This document shows, in pieces, positions 10,192-19,622 of a stretch of DNA of 64,000 nucleotides (the first letter of the stretch is position 1; each line of letters begins with the position of its first letter). This stretch comes from Azospirillum sp. (GTDB lineage Bacteria > Pseudomonadota > Alphaproteobacteria > CACIAM-22H2), in contig JADCGK010000015.1 in NCBI GenBank assembly GCA_020249045.1, forward strand, positions 4,944-68,943, given 5' to 3'. Both the position numbers and the translations under genes were made by a program. Under the pieces are notes generated by a model that was not told the DNA's origin, did no database searches, and saw only the letters and a program-made list of their open reading frames with translations.

Positions 10192-10332
10192 ATGCGCAAG
10201 CCGCTTCTTCTCGTTTTGGCCCTATTGGTTTTGGCGGCGGCCGGATTCGCCGCCTTCCTCGCCACCTGGGAAATCCCAGCACCGACCGCGCGGATCGAAA
10301 AGGTCATTCCCAATGATCGCCTGCCGCGCTGA
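10192..10332 (+). CDS. Small hypothetical membrane peptide (46 aa). It overlaps, out of frame, the start of the next ORF.
   Basis: MRKPLLLVLALLVLAAAGFAAFLATW is a single TM helix, and the coding is uncertain. Confidence 0.25.
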   Translation: MRKPLLLVLALLVLAAAGFAAFLATWEIPAPTARIEKVIPNDRLPR

Positions 10333-12082
10333 TCGTTTTGCCGCGTTCGCACGGGCGGCCGCACTGGCCGTCGGTGTTGCGGCACCGGGCATCGCATGGG
10401 CGCAAGCGCCGCTGCGCTTGACCCCGCCGCCCGCGCGCGAGGCCCCGGCTCAACCGCCGGCGCCCGCGCGTCCCGAAGCACCCAGCGGGATCGAAGTCGA
10501 ACAGGTGCGCCCGCTCGATATGGGCGCGACCGGGCTTCTCGAACCCGATCGGGGCGGACTTCCCGCCGACGCGTGGGCCGGCACGGCGCGGCGCATCGCC
10601 GAACGCCTGGTGCGCGACTTGCCCGCACCGGTCGCCTCGCTGCCCGCGCGCGACATGGCGGTGCGGCTTTTGGCCTCGACGCTCGCCTCGCCCGCGGGCG
10701 AAGGCGAGGCGAACCTGACCGCGTTGCGCGCGCGCAAGCTCGGCGATCTCGGCGATCTCGCCGGGGCCGAGGCCTTGGCCGAACGGGTCCCCGCGCGCGA
10801 GGCCGATGGCCAACTCGCCCGCGCGCGGCTGGACGCGGCGTGGCTGGCCGGCCGCGACGAGGAAGCCTGCGCCCTGGCCCGCGACGCGCTGGCGCGCGAG
10901 CGCCATCCCGATTTCCAGAAGGCGCTGATGTTCTGCCAAGCGCTCGCGGGCGAACGCCAACGTGCGGAGATGGGCCTCGCCCTGCTGCGCGATCAGGGCG
11001 TGCCGGAGGATACGAACTTCGTCGCCTTGTTGCTCGCCCAGGGCGGCGACGGGCGCGGCGTGCGTCTGGACAACCCGCGCACGCTGACCCCGCTGGGGAT
11101 CGCGATGCTGCGCGGCGCCAAAGTGCCGCCGCCCGCCGATCTCGCGCAAAGCGATCGACCGGCGGTGCTGCTGGCGCTGCTGGCGAGCGCGGGGCTCGCG
11201 CCCGAGATCCGGTTGGCCGCCGCCGAACGCGCGGAAGCCTTCGGCGCATTCGGCGCGGAGGATCTCGCCAAGCTTTACGCCGAATTGCCGCTGACGCCGG
11301 CCCAGCTCGCCGATCCGGCCGCCTTCGCGCGTGCCGACGGCGGCCCGCGCGGGCGGGCGGCGCTGTTCCAAGCCGCGCAAGCCGCACAAGCGGGCGCGCG
11401 GCTCGAAGCACTGCGCCGGTTGTGGGCGCTGGGCCGCGAACGCGGCGGCTACGCCACGCTCGCGCGCGCAAGCTTGGGGGCGCTCGCCGAAATCGCGCCT
11501 TCGCCCGAACATGCTGCGTTCGCTCCGGACGCGGCGCGCGCCTTCCTGCTCGCCGGACGTATCGAGGATGCGCGCGAGTGGCTGCGTTTCGCGCGCGCGG
11601 CGCGCGTGGGCGGGGACCAAGCGGCCGAGGACCGGTATGCGGGGCTGTGGGCGCTCGCGGCGATCGCGGGGCTCGGCTGGTCGGATGCGGACGAACCGCG
11701 CGCCTTCCTTGCGTGGCGCGAGGCGACCATGCGGATCGACGCGCGCGGCGCGCCCGCGCGCGTGGCGCTGGCCGCGACGTTGCTCGCCGGACTCGGTCAT
11801 TTGCCGGCCGGCGGGGCGTTCGCCGCATTCCCCGAAACCGCGCCCGCGCGCGCGCAAGCGGCGTTGCCCCATCCGGCCGTGTGGACGGCCTTGCATCAAG
11901 CCGCCGTCGCGGGTCGAACGGCGGAAACGATAGCACTGGCCGCGCAAGCGTTGGGCACGGAAGGCCCGGCCGGTGCGGCGCCGCAGACGCTGCTCGCCGT
12001 TCTCGACGCGCTGCGCGCCGTGGGTCAGGACGGCGCCGCGCGCGCGCTGGCGCTGGAAGCGGCGATCGCCGCGGGGTTGTGA
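10313..12082 (+). CDS. Hypothetical Ala-rich secreted protein with helical (TPR-like) repeats
   Basis: It has a signal-peptide-like N-terminus (…AALAVGVAAPGIAWAQAP) and is 589 aa long. Its stop overlaps the xerD start by 1 nt (TGATG), which supports real coding despite low complexity. Confidence 0.5.
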   Translation: MIACRADRFAAFARAAALAVGVAAPGIAWAQAPLRLTPPPAREAPAQPPAPARPEAPSGIEVEQVRPLDMGATGLLEPDRGGLPADAWAGTARRIAERLVRDLPAPVASLPARDMAVRLLASTLASPAGEGEANLTALRARKLGDLGDLAGAEALAERVPAREADGQLARARLDAAWLAGRDEEACALARDALARERHPDFQKALMFCQALAGERQRAEMGLALLRDQGVPEDTNFVALLLAQGGDGRGVRLDNPRTLTPLGIAMLRGAKVPPPADLAQSDRPAVLLALLASAGLAPEIRLAAAERAEAFGAFGAEDLAKLYAELPLTPAQLADPAAFARADGGPRGRAALFQAAQAAQAGARLEALRRLWALGRERGGYATLARASLGALAEIAPSPEHAAFAPDAARAFLLAGRIEDAREWLRFARAARVGGDQAAEDRYAGLWALAAIAGLGWSDADEPRAFLAWREATMRIDARGAPARVALAATLLAGLGHLPAGGAFAAFPETAPARAQAALPHPAVWTALHQAAVAGRTAETIALAAQALGTEGPAGAAPQTLLAVLDALRAVGQDGAARALALEAAIAAGL

Positions 12083-13038
12083 TGGGCCGGCCCAAGACGG
12101 CGCCGGATCTGGTTTCCGTCCACGGCGAAGCGTTCCTGGAGATGCTTGTGGCCGAGCGCAACGCGTCGGCGCACACGCTGCGCGCCTATCGGGCGGACGT
12201 GGCGCACTACGAGGATTTCCTCGCCAAAAAGGGGACCGATGCCCCGCGCGCGGCCCCCGCGCACGCCAAGCTTTACATGGCCGCGATCGCGCGGGCCGGG
12301 CTGGCGCCGCGTTCGGCCGCGCGCCGGCTGTCGGCGCTGCGCCAATACCATCGCTTCCTGGTGGCCGAACGGCGCGCGAGCGTCGATCCGTTCGGTGGCG
12401 TCGACGCGCCGAAGATCGGCCGGCCATTGCCCAAAATCCTATCGGAGGGCGAGACCGAAGCGCTGATCGCCGCGGCACGCGCCGCCGGGGACGCCCGGCT
12501 CGTCTGCGCGCTCGAAGTGCTCTACGGCTCCGGGTTGCGGATTTCGGAACTCGCGGGCCTGAAGTTGTCGGCACTGTCGCGCGACGGGCGTTTCCTGATC
12601 GTGCGCGGCAAAGGCGCCAAGGAACGGTTGGTGCCGCTGTCGGGCCCCGCGCGCGACGCGCTCGCGGCATGGCGGGCGATCCGCGATGCGGCGCTCGCGC
12701 GGACCAAAAAGACCTCGCCTTTTCTGTTCCCCAGCCGCGCGGCGGCCGGCCACACCACCGAAGCGCGCTTCGCCCAGGAATTGAAGGCGCTCGCCCCGCG
12801 CGCGGGGATCGAACCCCGTCGGCTGTCCCCGCACGTGCTGCGCCACGCCTTCGCAAGCCATCTGGTCGATCGCGGCGCCGATTTGCGGGCGGTACAGGCG
12901 ATGCTGGGGCATTCGGACATCTCGACGACCCAGATTTACACCCATGTGGGCGGCGAACGGCTCAAACGCGTCGTCGCCGACCACCACCCGCTCGCCCGCG
13001 GCACCGCACCGCGCCCGGCGGCGCGTAAGCTGCCTTGA
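12082..13038 (+). CDS. xerD: Site-specific tyrosine recombinase XerD
   Basis: It carries the conserved catalytic residues R…HxxR…Y (…HVLRHAFASHLVDRGADLRAVQAMLGHSDISTTQIYTHV…). The length is 318 aa, and the chromosomal context is housekeeping. Confidence 0.9.
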   Translation: MGRPKTAPDLVSVHGEAFLEMLVAERNASAHTLRAYRADVAHYEDFLAKKGTDAPRAAPAHAKLYMAAIARAGLAPRSAARRLSALRQYHRFLVAERRASVDPFGGVDAPKIGRPLPKILSEGETEALIAAARAAGDARLVCALEVLYGSGLRISELAGLKLSALSRDGRFLIVRGKGAKERLVPLSGPARDALAAWRAIRDAALARTKKTSPFLFPSRAAAGHTTEARFAQELKALAPRAGIEPRRLSPHVLRHAFASHLVDRGADLRAVQAMLGHSDISTTQIYTHVGGERLKRVVADHHPLARGTAPRPAARKLP

Positions 13039-13100
13039 TCGGGGCCCGCGCCCCCGCTAAACCCACCTGTCGTTCTCGCTTGTCCCAAGGAAACGCCCCC

Positions 13101-15101
13101 ATGGCCGCCAAGAAGAAACCCGCCAAGAAAGCCCCCGCCAAAGCCCCCGCCAAGGCCAAAGCGAAACCGGCCAAAAAGGTCCCGGCCAAGAAGCCCGTCG
13201 CCAAGAAGCCCGCACCGAAGGCCGCCGCCAAGAAGGCGGCACCGAAAAAGGCGGCGCCCAAGCCCATCGCCAAAAAGCCGGCGCCGAAGCCCGCGCCGAA
13301 AAAGGTCGCGGCGAAGGCGATCGCCAAGCCCGTGCCGGCAAAGGCCCCCGCAAAAGCGCCCCCGAAGTCCGTTCCCGCGCCCGTCAAGGCCGCCCCCGCC
13401 AAAGTCGCCGCGGCGAAGCCCGCCCCGGCCCCGGTTCCCGCCAAACCCGCCGCGCCGCCGGCGCCGACGACGGTGAAGGGCCCGGGCGGCACGGTGCTGC
13501 CTGCCGGCGTCAAGCTCGACGCGGTCGTGAAGCCCGAGCATCTGCAGATCCTGACGCCCGAGGCGATCGCCTTCGTGGTCGAACTCGAGCGCAAATTCGG
13601 CGCCCGCCGCCGCGAATTGCTGGCCGCGCGCGCCGAGCGCCAAAAGCGCCTCGACGCGGGCGAGAAGCCCGACTTCCTGCCGCAGACGCGTTCGATCCGC
13701 GAAGGCGACTGGACCGTCGCGCCGTTGCCCAAGGACATCCTCGACCGCCGCGTTGAAATCACCGGTCCCGTGGACCGCAAGATGGTGATCAACGCGCTCA
13801 ATTCGGGCGCGAACGTGTTCATGGCCGATTTCGAGGACGCCTCGACCCCGACCTGGAACAATCTGATCGAAGGCCACGTCAATTTGCGCGACGCCAACGC
13901 CGGAACGATCGCGTTCGAGGATCCGAAATCGGGCAAGAGCTACAAGCTCAATCCCAAGCACGCGGTGCTGTTCGTGCGTCCGCGCGGCTGGGCGCTGCCC
14001 GAAAAGCACGTGATCGTCGACGGTCACCCGATGTCGGGTTCGCTGTTCGATTTCGGTCTCTATTTCTTCCACAACGTCAAACTCCGGCAGAAGAAGGGCA
14101 CGGCGCCCTATTTCTACCTGCCGAAGATGGAGAGCCATCTCGAAGCCCGGCTGTGGAACGACGTGTTCTGCCACGCGCAGGACGCGCTGGGCGTGAAGCG
14201 CGGCACGATCAAGGCGACCGTGCTGATCGAAACGCTGCTCGCCAGCTTCGAAATGGACGAGATCCTGTACGAGCTGCGCGAACATTCGGCCGGCCTGAAT
14301 TGCGGCCGCTGGGACTACATCTTCTCCTACATCAAGAAGCTCGCCGAGGACCCGCACGCCATGCTGCCCGACCGCGGGCAGGTGACGATGACCTCGCACT
14401 TCATGCGCTCGTATTCGCAGCTCGTGATCAAGACCTGCCACAAGCGCAACGTCCACGCGATGGGCGGCATGGCGGCGCAGATCCCGATCAAGGACGATCC
14501 GGCCGCCAACGAGGCCGCGATGGCCAAGGTCCGCACGGACAAGGAACGCGAAGCCAACGACGGTCACGACGGCACGTGGGTCGCCCATCCGGGCCTGGTG
14601 TCGATCGCCAAGGCGGTGTTCGACGAGAAGATGAAGGACGCCAACCAGATCGCACGCAAGCGCCAGGACGTGCACGTCACGGCCGCCGATCTGCTGCAAC
14701 CGGCCGCCGGCACGATGACCGAGGGCGGCTTGCGCCAGAACGTTTCGGTCGGCATCGGCTATCTGGAGGCGTGGCTGCGGGGCTTGGGCTGCGTGCCGCT
14801 GCACAACCTGATGGAGGACGCCGCGACGGCCGAAATCTCGCGCGCCCAGGTCTGGCAGCAATTGCGCCACGGGGCGACGCTCGACGACGGCCGCGCCGTC
14901 GACAGGGCCCTGGTGCGCAAGATCGTCGACGAGGAAATGGACAAGGTGAAGAAGGCGCAAGGCGCCGAACGCTTCGCCAAGGGCCGCTTCAAGGAAGCCT
15001 CGAAGATGTTCCTCGAAATGGTCGAGGCGGAGAAGTTCCCCGACTTCCTCACCCTGCCCGCCTACGATTGGGTGATCGCCAACGAATCGAAGATCGGCTG
15101 A
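13101..15101 (+). CDS. aceB: Malate synthase A with ~135-aa N-terminal Lys/Ala/Pro-repeat (histone H1/AlgP-like) extension
   Basis: The core aligns along its length to malate synthase A (…VEITGPVDRKMVINALNSGANVFMADFEDASTPTWNN…, …GLNCGRWDYIFSYIK…, …HDGTWVAHPGL…). The N-terminal extension MAAKKKPAKKAPAKAPAKAKAKPAKK… is in frame with no stop. An RBS (AAGGA) lies ~10 nt upstream of the ATG at 13101. Confidence 0.85.
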   Translation: MAAKKKPAKKAPAKAPAKAKAKPAKKVPAKKPVAKKPAPKAAAKKAAPKKAAPKPIAKKPAPKPAPKKVAAKAIAKPVPAKAPAKAPPKSVPAPVKAAPAKVAAAKPAPAPVPAKPAAPPAPTTVKGPGGTVLPAGVKLDAVVKPEHLQILTPEAIAFVVELERKFGARRRELLAARAERQKRLDAGEKPDFLPQTRSIREGDWTVAPLPKDILDRRVEITGPVDRKMVINALNSGANVFMADFEDASTPTWNNLIEGHVNLRDANAGTIAFEDPKSGKSYKLNPKHAVLFVRPRGWALPEKHVIVDGHPMSGSLFDFGLYFFHNVKLRQKKGTAPYFYLPKMESHLEARLWNDVFCHAQDALGVKRGTIKATVLIETLLASFEMDEILYELREHSAGLNCGRWDYIFSYIKKLAEDPHAMLPDRGQVTMTSHFMRSYSQLVIKTCHKRNVHAMGGMAAQIPIKDDPAANEAAMAKVRTDKEREANDGHDGTWVAHPGLVSIAKAVFDEKMKDANQIARKRQDVHVTAADLLQPAAGTMTEGGLRQNVSVGIGYLEAWLRGLGCVPLHNLMEDAATAEISRAQVWQQLRHGATLDDGRAVDRALVRKIVDEEMDKVKKAQGAERFAKGRFKEASKMFLEMVEAEKFPDFLTLPAYDWVIANESKIG

Positions 15102-15195
15102 CGCACGAAGCCCCCCTCGCCCTTCGACAGGCTCGGGGCGAGGGGGCGCTTTCCCAACATCACGGTGAGCTTGTCGAACCCCGAGGTTCGGCCCC

Positions 15196-16140
15196 ATGCC
15201 CGACACCGTCCCCGCCCGTCTGAACCGCACCGAGCTGGCCGTCCCGGCGAGCCGGCCCGAATTGTTCGCCAAGGCCGCACGCTCGGCGGCCGACGTCGTG
15301 TTCCTCGATCTCGAGGACGCCGTGGCGCCGTCCGACAAGGCCAAGGCGCGCAAGAACGCGATCGAGGGCCTCAACGACATCGATTGGCGCGGCGTGGGAA
15401 AAACCGTTTCGGTGCGGATCAACGGCGCCGACACCGAATGGATGTATCGCGACGTCGTCGACGTCGTCGAAAAGGCCGGATCGCGGCTCGACCTCATCAT
15501 GGTGCCGAAGGTGAGCCGGCGCGAGGACGTGCTGGCGCTCGACATGTGGCTTGCGCAGATCGAGCGGGCCAAGAAGATCCCCACGCCCATCGGCCTCGAA
15601 CTTCTGATCGAAACCGCGCAAGGCCTCGCCAACGTCGAAACTATCGCCTCGGCGAGCCCGCGCGTGGAAGCGCTGTTGCTGGGGTCGGGAGACCTCGCCG
15701 CATCGATGGGCATGCGCACGACGAATATCGGGGGACTGTCGGCCGCCTACGCGGTCGACGGCCGGCAGGCGGACATCTGGCACTACGCGCTCGCGCGCCT
15801 GGTCGTGGCCGCGCGGGCGGCCGGCAAGCGGCCCGTCGACGGCCCTTACGCCGACTTCAACGATCCCCAGGGCCTGAAGGAAGCAGCCGCCCGAGCCGCC
15901 GCACTGGGATGCGAGGGCAAGATGGTGATCCATCCCAGCCAGATCGCCCCGGTCAACGAAGCCTTCACCCCCGATCCGATGGAGATCGAGCGCGCCAAGG
16001 GCATTCTGCTGGCGCTGGAAGAGGCCGCCGAGCGCGGCCAGGGGGCCGCGACCTACGAGGGCCGGTTGGTGGACATCGCCTCGATCCGCCAAGCCCGGGT
16101 CGTGGTCGCCAAAGCCGAGCGCTTGCGGCAATGGTCGTAA
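15196..16140 (+). CDS. mcl: L-malyl-CoA/beta-methylmalyl-CoA lyase (HpcH/HpaI-CitE family)
   Basis: It resembles Mcl1-type lyases (…[36 protein letters not shown]…, …[19 protein letters not shown]…). Confidence 0.8.
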   Translation: MPDTVPARLNRTELAVPASRPELFAKAARSAADVVFLDLEDAVAPSDKAKARKNAIEGLNDIDWRGVGKTVSVRINGADTEWMYRDVVDVVEKAGSRLDLIMVPKVSRREDVLALDMWLAQIERAKKIPTPIGLELLIETAQGLANVETIASASPRVEALLLGSGDLAASMGMRTTNIGGLSAAYAVDGRQADIWHYALARLVVAARAAGKRPVDGPYADFNDPQGLKEAAARAAALGCEGKMVIHPSQIAPVNEAFTPDPMEIERAKGILLALEEAAERGQGAATYEGRLVDIASIRQARVVVAKAERLRQWS

Positions 16141-16204
16141 GGCGCCGCGTCGACGCGCCCCGTGCTCTCGACTCCGGCACATCCCATGCTATAGAGCGCG
16201 GGCC

Positions 16205-17158
16205 ATGACGCATTACCTGGATTTCGAAAAGCCCATCGCCGAGCTCGAAGGCAAGATCGAAGAGCTCAAGCGGCTGACGGGCGACGCGAATTTCAATATC
16301 GCCGACGAAGTCGCCAAGCTGCAAAGCAAGGTCGACAAGCAGGTGCGCGCGGCCTACGCCAAGCTCACGCCCTGGCAGAAGGTCCAGGTCGCCCGCCATC
16401 CCGAACGCCCGCATTTCGTCGACTACGCGGCCGGCCTGATCGAGGATTTCATGCCGCTGGCCGGCGACCGTCTGTTCGCCGACGACAAGGCGATCCAAGG
16501 CGGCATCGGCCGTTTCCGCGGCCGGTCGGTCGTCGTGATGGGTCACGAAAAGGGCTCCGACACCGAAAGCCGCATCCGGCACAATTTCGGCATGGCGCGG
16601 CCCGAGGGCTATCGCAAGGCCCAGCGCCTGATGGAACTCGCCGAACGCTTCAAACTGCCGGTCGTCGCCCTCGTCGATACCGCCGGCGCCTATCCCGGGA
16701 TCGACGCCGAGGCGCGCGGCCAGGCCGAGGCGATCGCGCGCGCCATCGAAATCTGCCTCAAGATCAAGGTGCCGTTCGTCGCCACGGTGATCGGCGAGGG
16801 CGGCTCGGGCGGGGCGATCGCCATCGCCGCGGCCAACCGCGTGCTGATGCTCGAGCACGCGATCTATTCGGTCATTTCGCCCGAAGGCTGCGCCTCGATC
16901 CTGTGGCGATCGGCCGAACATGCGCAGACGGCGGCCGACGCGCTGAAGCTGACGGCGCAGGATCTGTTCAAGCTCGGCGTCGTCGACCGCGTCGTGCCCG
17001 AACCGCTGGGCGGCGCGCATCGCGACCCGAAAAGCGCGGTTCTGGCGCTGGGCGACGCGCTGGAGGCCGCGCTCGGCGAACTCGACGGCCAGGACGGCGC
17101 GGCGCTGCGCGCGCGCCGGCGCGAGAAATTCGTCGAAATGGGCCGTAAGGGCCTGTGA
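16205..17158 (+). CDS. accA: Acetyl-CoA carboxylase carboxyltransferase subunit alpha
   Basis: AccA-like along its full length (…[37 protein letters not shown]…IGEGGSGGA…). Confidence 0.95.
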   Translation: MTHYLDFEKPIAELEGKIEELKRLTGDANFNIADEVAKLQSKVDKQVRAAYAKLTPWQKVQVARHPERPHFVDYAAGLIEDFMPLAGDRLFADDKAIQGGIGRFRGRSVVVMGHEKGSDTESRIRHNFGMARPEGYRKAQRLMELAERFKLPVVALVDTAGAYPGIDAEARGQAEAIARAIEICLKIKVPFVATVIGEGGSGGAIAIAAANRVLMLEHAIYSVISPEGCASILWRSAEHAQTAADALKLTAQDLFKLGVVDRVVPEPLGGAHRDPKSAVLALGDALEAALGELDGQDGAALRARRREKFVEMGRKGL

Positions 17159-17168
17159 GCGCGTCCCC

Positions 17169-18149
17169 ATGACCGGCAGCGTGGATCTCGCGGCGCGCGT
17201 GCGCGCGGGCGATCGCCGGGCCTTGGCGCGCGCGATCACGCTGGTCGAGTCCACCCGCCCCGACCACCGCGGCGACGCCGAAAAACTGGTCGCCGCCGTG
17301 CTGCCGGATACCGGGCGCGCCGTGCGCGTGGGCATTTCCGGCCCGCCGGGCGCGGGCAAGTCGACCTTCATCGAGGCGTTCGGGCTTTTCCTGCTCGACC
17401 GCGGCCGCACGCCCGCCGTGCTCGCGGTCGATCCCTCCTCGCCCGTGTCCGGCGGTTCGATCCTCGGCGACAAAACGCGCATGGAAAGCCTGGCGCGCGA
17501 CGAACGCGCCTTCATCCGGCCCTCGCCCTCGGGCGGCACGTTGGGCGGGGTCGCGCGCCGCACGCGCGAAGCCGCCCTGGTGTGCGAGGCCGCCGGCTTC
17601 GACACCCTGCTGATCGAAACCGTCGGCGTCGGCCAATCGGAAACCGCCGTGGCCGAGATGGTCGATCTTTTCATGCTGCTGTTGCCGCCCGCCGGAGGCG
17701 ACGAACTGCAAGGCATCAAGAAGGGCATCGTCGAACTCGCCGATCTCGTCGTCATCAACAAGGACGATGGCGATCTGGCGCCGGCCGCGGGCCGCACGGC
17801 GGCCGAATACGCGGCCGCGTTGCACATGCTCCGGCCCGCTTCGGCCGCCTGGCATCCGCCCGTGTTGCGCGTGTCGGCTTTGCAGCGCCGGGGCATGGAC
17901 AAAGTCTGGTCGGCGATCGAGGCGCATCGCGCGGCGCTGGGCGTTGCGGGACTCGCGGCCAAACGGGCGGGACAAGCGCGTGCGGTCTTGTGGCGGGAAA
18001 TCGAGGAGGAGGTGCGCGGTCGGCTGGCCCGCCAAGCCCCCCTCGCCGACCTGCTGGAAACGATGGAAATCGAGATTTCGCAAGGGGTTACGAGCCCCGC
18101 CCAAGCTGCGCGCCGGATCGTCGACAGCCTTGCCAAAGCGGGCAGTTGA
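17169..18149 (+). CDS. meaB: Methylmalonyl-CoA mutase-associated GTPase MeaB (ArgK)
   Basis: A P-loop (GISGPPGAGKST) and the motifs …ETVGVGQSE… and …NKDD… of the G3E family MeaB. Confidence 0.9.
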   Translation: MTGSVDLAARVRAGDRRALARAITLVESTRPDHRGDAEKLVAAVLPDTGRAVRVGISGPPGAGKSTFIEAFGLFLLDRGRTPAVLAVDPSSPVSGGSILGDKTRMESLARDERAFIRPSPSGGTLGGVARRTREAALVCEAAGFDTLLIETVGVGQSETAVAEMVDLFMLLLPPAGGDELQGIKKGIVELADLVVINKDDGDLAPAAGRTAAEYAAALHMLRPASAAWHPPVLRVSALQRRGMDKVWSAIEAHRAALGVAGLAAKRAGQARAVLWREIEEEVRGRLARQAPLADLLETMEIEISQGVTSPAQAARRIVDSLAKAGS

Positions 18150-18243
18150 CGGGGGCTCCCCCCTCCCCTAAAACCTCCCGTCCCCGCGTCGGCGGGTTCG
18201 AATTTCAGGGGTGCCGCGCACCCCAAACGAGAGGATGAGTGCG

Positions 18244-18537
18244 ATGTCGCGTCGTTGCATGGTGACCGGTAAGGGCGCCCTAGTGGGTAACAACGTCTCC
18301 CACGCGAACAACAAGACCAAGCGCCGCTTCCTGCCCAACCTGCAGGCCGCCACGCTGCTGTCGGACGTGCTGGGCCAAGCGGTTCGCGTGCGCCTGACGA
18401 CCCGCGGTCTGAAGACCGTCGAACACGCCGGCGGTTTGGACGCTTGGCTCGCCAAGACGCCGAAGACCAAGCTCGACAAGGATATGCGCCGCTTGAAGTC
18501 GCGCGTGGAGAAGGCGCTGGAAAAGCGCGCCGCCTGA
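18244..18537 (+). CDS. rpmB: 50S ribosomal protein L28
   Basis: [34 protein letters not shown]… is canonical L28. Confidence 0.9.
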   Translation: MSRRCMVTGKGALVGNNVSHANNKTKRRFLPNLQAATLLSDVLGQAVRVRLTTRGLKTVEHAGGLDAWLAKTPKTKLDKDMRRLKSRVEKALEKRAA

Positions 18538-18621
18538 GTTTCCTTTCAGCCCCCCGCATGCGGGAGCGAAGGCCGAGATAACAACAACACGACTCCTTGT
18601 TTCCGATCCAAGGCACTCAAA

Positions 18622-18652
18622 GCCCGCCCGCACCGGCGGGCTTTTTTCTTTC
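18622..18652 (+). terminator. Rho-independent terminator (bidirectional), after rpmB and abutting the stop of the convergent minus-strand gene
   Basis: A GC stem GCCCGCC-cgcacc-GGCGGGC is followed by TTTTTTCTTT. Confidence 0.7.
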
Positions 18653-19622
18653 AAGCAACGGCGAAGCAGACCAGCAGCGTGCGCTGGAACGCCTGGAAAT
18701 TGTCGTCCGCGACCAGCCACAGCAGCGTCGCGCCCGAAGGATCGCGCGTGACCGCGATCCCCTCGTAATTGTCCACGAGCAACGGCGCGCGCAATCGCGC
18801 CAATTCCTCGCCCGCGAGCGTCGCATCCGCGCGGACATCGGCGGCAAGCAGCCTGACGATCCGCACGGCGAAGCCGGCCCACGAAAACGCCCTTTCAAGG
18901 ACGTAAAGATGCGCGCCCGCCACGCACGCGCCGACCGGCTTGAACCCTTCCGCCGCGCGATAGGCGAGTTCGACCCAGCCTTGCGCGCCCCCCAGCCAAG
19001 CTTGCGGACTGTCCTCGGGCAGGACCAGAAACCGCCCGTCCGGCAAGCGCGCGAGCGCCTCCATGCCGCCATTGGCCGGCCATTGCGCGGCGGCCGGCGG
19101 GGCGGCGAGCGTGCGCGGTGCGCGCGAGAAGGGCGGATCGGCTGGCGGGTAGAGGAGAATCCGATGGCGCTGTTCGAAGGACACGGCGAAACCGCCGTCG
19201 GGCAACCGTACGAGTCCTTCGGCGTCGGTCGCACGCCCGAACAGATTTTTGCCGTCGGGGCCGATCAGGCGGCCCATACGCGCCGGCCCGAGCCCGCGCA
19301 AACGTCCGTCGAAGGCGAGATCGAGTTCGAGGGCGAGCCCGCGGTCCGAGATCAGCGTCGCGCGCGAATTGTCGGGCGCCACCCACAGATCGGACCAGCC
19401 GCCGAAGCGCCGATCCTCGGCGCCGAGTTGCAACCCGCCGCGCCAGACGAGCTTGTCCACCCGCATGCGGGTGGGATCGCGCTCGTCGAGCGGCAGCGCC
19501 GCCGCGCGGACTTCGATCGGGGCCCAGCCCTCGGTCGCGCGCGCGGGGCCCGCGAGAAAAGAAGCGCCCGCCCCCGCAAGGAGGGCGAGCGCTTCGCGTC
19601 GGGCCAAGCCCTGCGGCGTCAC
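18651..19622 (-). CDS. Phytase-like esterase family (PF13449-like) secreted protein
   Basis: A Tat/Sec-like N-terminus (…ARREALALLAGAGASFLAGPARA). The C-terminal motifs …DNYEGIAVTRDP… and …LVADDNFQAFQRTLL… are typical of the family. The GTG start overlaps the upstream gene stop. Confidence 0.55.
   Translation of the reverse strand: MTPQGLARREALALLAGAGASFLAGPARATEGWAPIEVRAAALPLDERDPTRMRVDKLVWRGGLQLGAEDRRFGGWSDLWVAPDNSRATLISDRGLALELDLAFDGRLRGLGPARMGRLIGPDGKNLFGRATDAEGLVRLPDGGFAVSFEQRHRILLYPPADPPFSRAPRTLAAPPAAAQWPANGGMEALARLPDGRFLVLPEDSPQAWLGGAQGWVELAYRAAEGFKPVGACVAGAHLYVLERAFSWAGFAVRIVRLLAADVRADATLAGEELARLRAPLLVDNYEGIAVTRDPSGATLLWLVADDNFQAFQRTLLVCFAVA

Noticed and set aside
8328-12176. 1282-aa minus-strand ORF spanning aroB, aroK and the antisense of the Ala-rich gene
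   Set aside because: Only the first 367 codons (aroB) have protein-like sequence. The rest is Arg/Pro/Ala-rich antisense of plus-strand genes, typical of high-GC frame artefacts.
10304-12856. 850-aa minus-strand ORF antisense to the Ala-rich protein and xerD
   Set aside because: Composition is dominated by R/A/G/P with no motifs. The opposite strand carries the clearly real XerD and an operon-coupled upstream gene.
12082-13038. Tyrosine recombinase as a marker of a mobile element or genomic island
   Set aside because: The sequence is XerD-like (housekeeping chromosome dimer resolution) and sits in the conserved aroK-aroB neighbourhood. There is no att-like repeat, tRNA, or GC shift around it.
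13101-13520. Nucleotide-level tandem repeats (GCCAAGAAG/GCCAAAGCC…), possibly a CRISPR or VNTR locus
   Set aside because: The repeats are short, imperfect and in frame, encoding the AKP-rich protein tail. They lack the spacer-repeat periodicity (28-37 bp repeats with unique spacers) expected for CRISPR.
18185-18205. GGTTCGAAT T-loop-like sequence suggesting a tRNA between meaB and rpmB
   Set aside because: The flanking bases cannot form the 5-bp T-stem (GGCGG versus TTTCA). No acceptor, D or anticodon arms could be folded, so it is not a tRNA.
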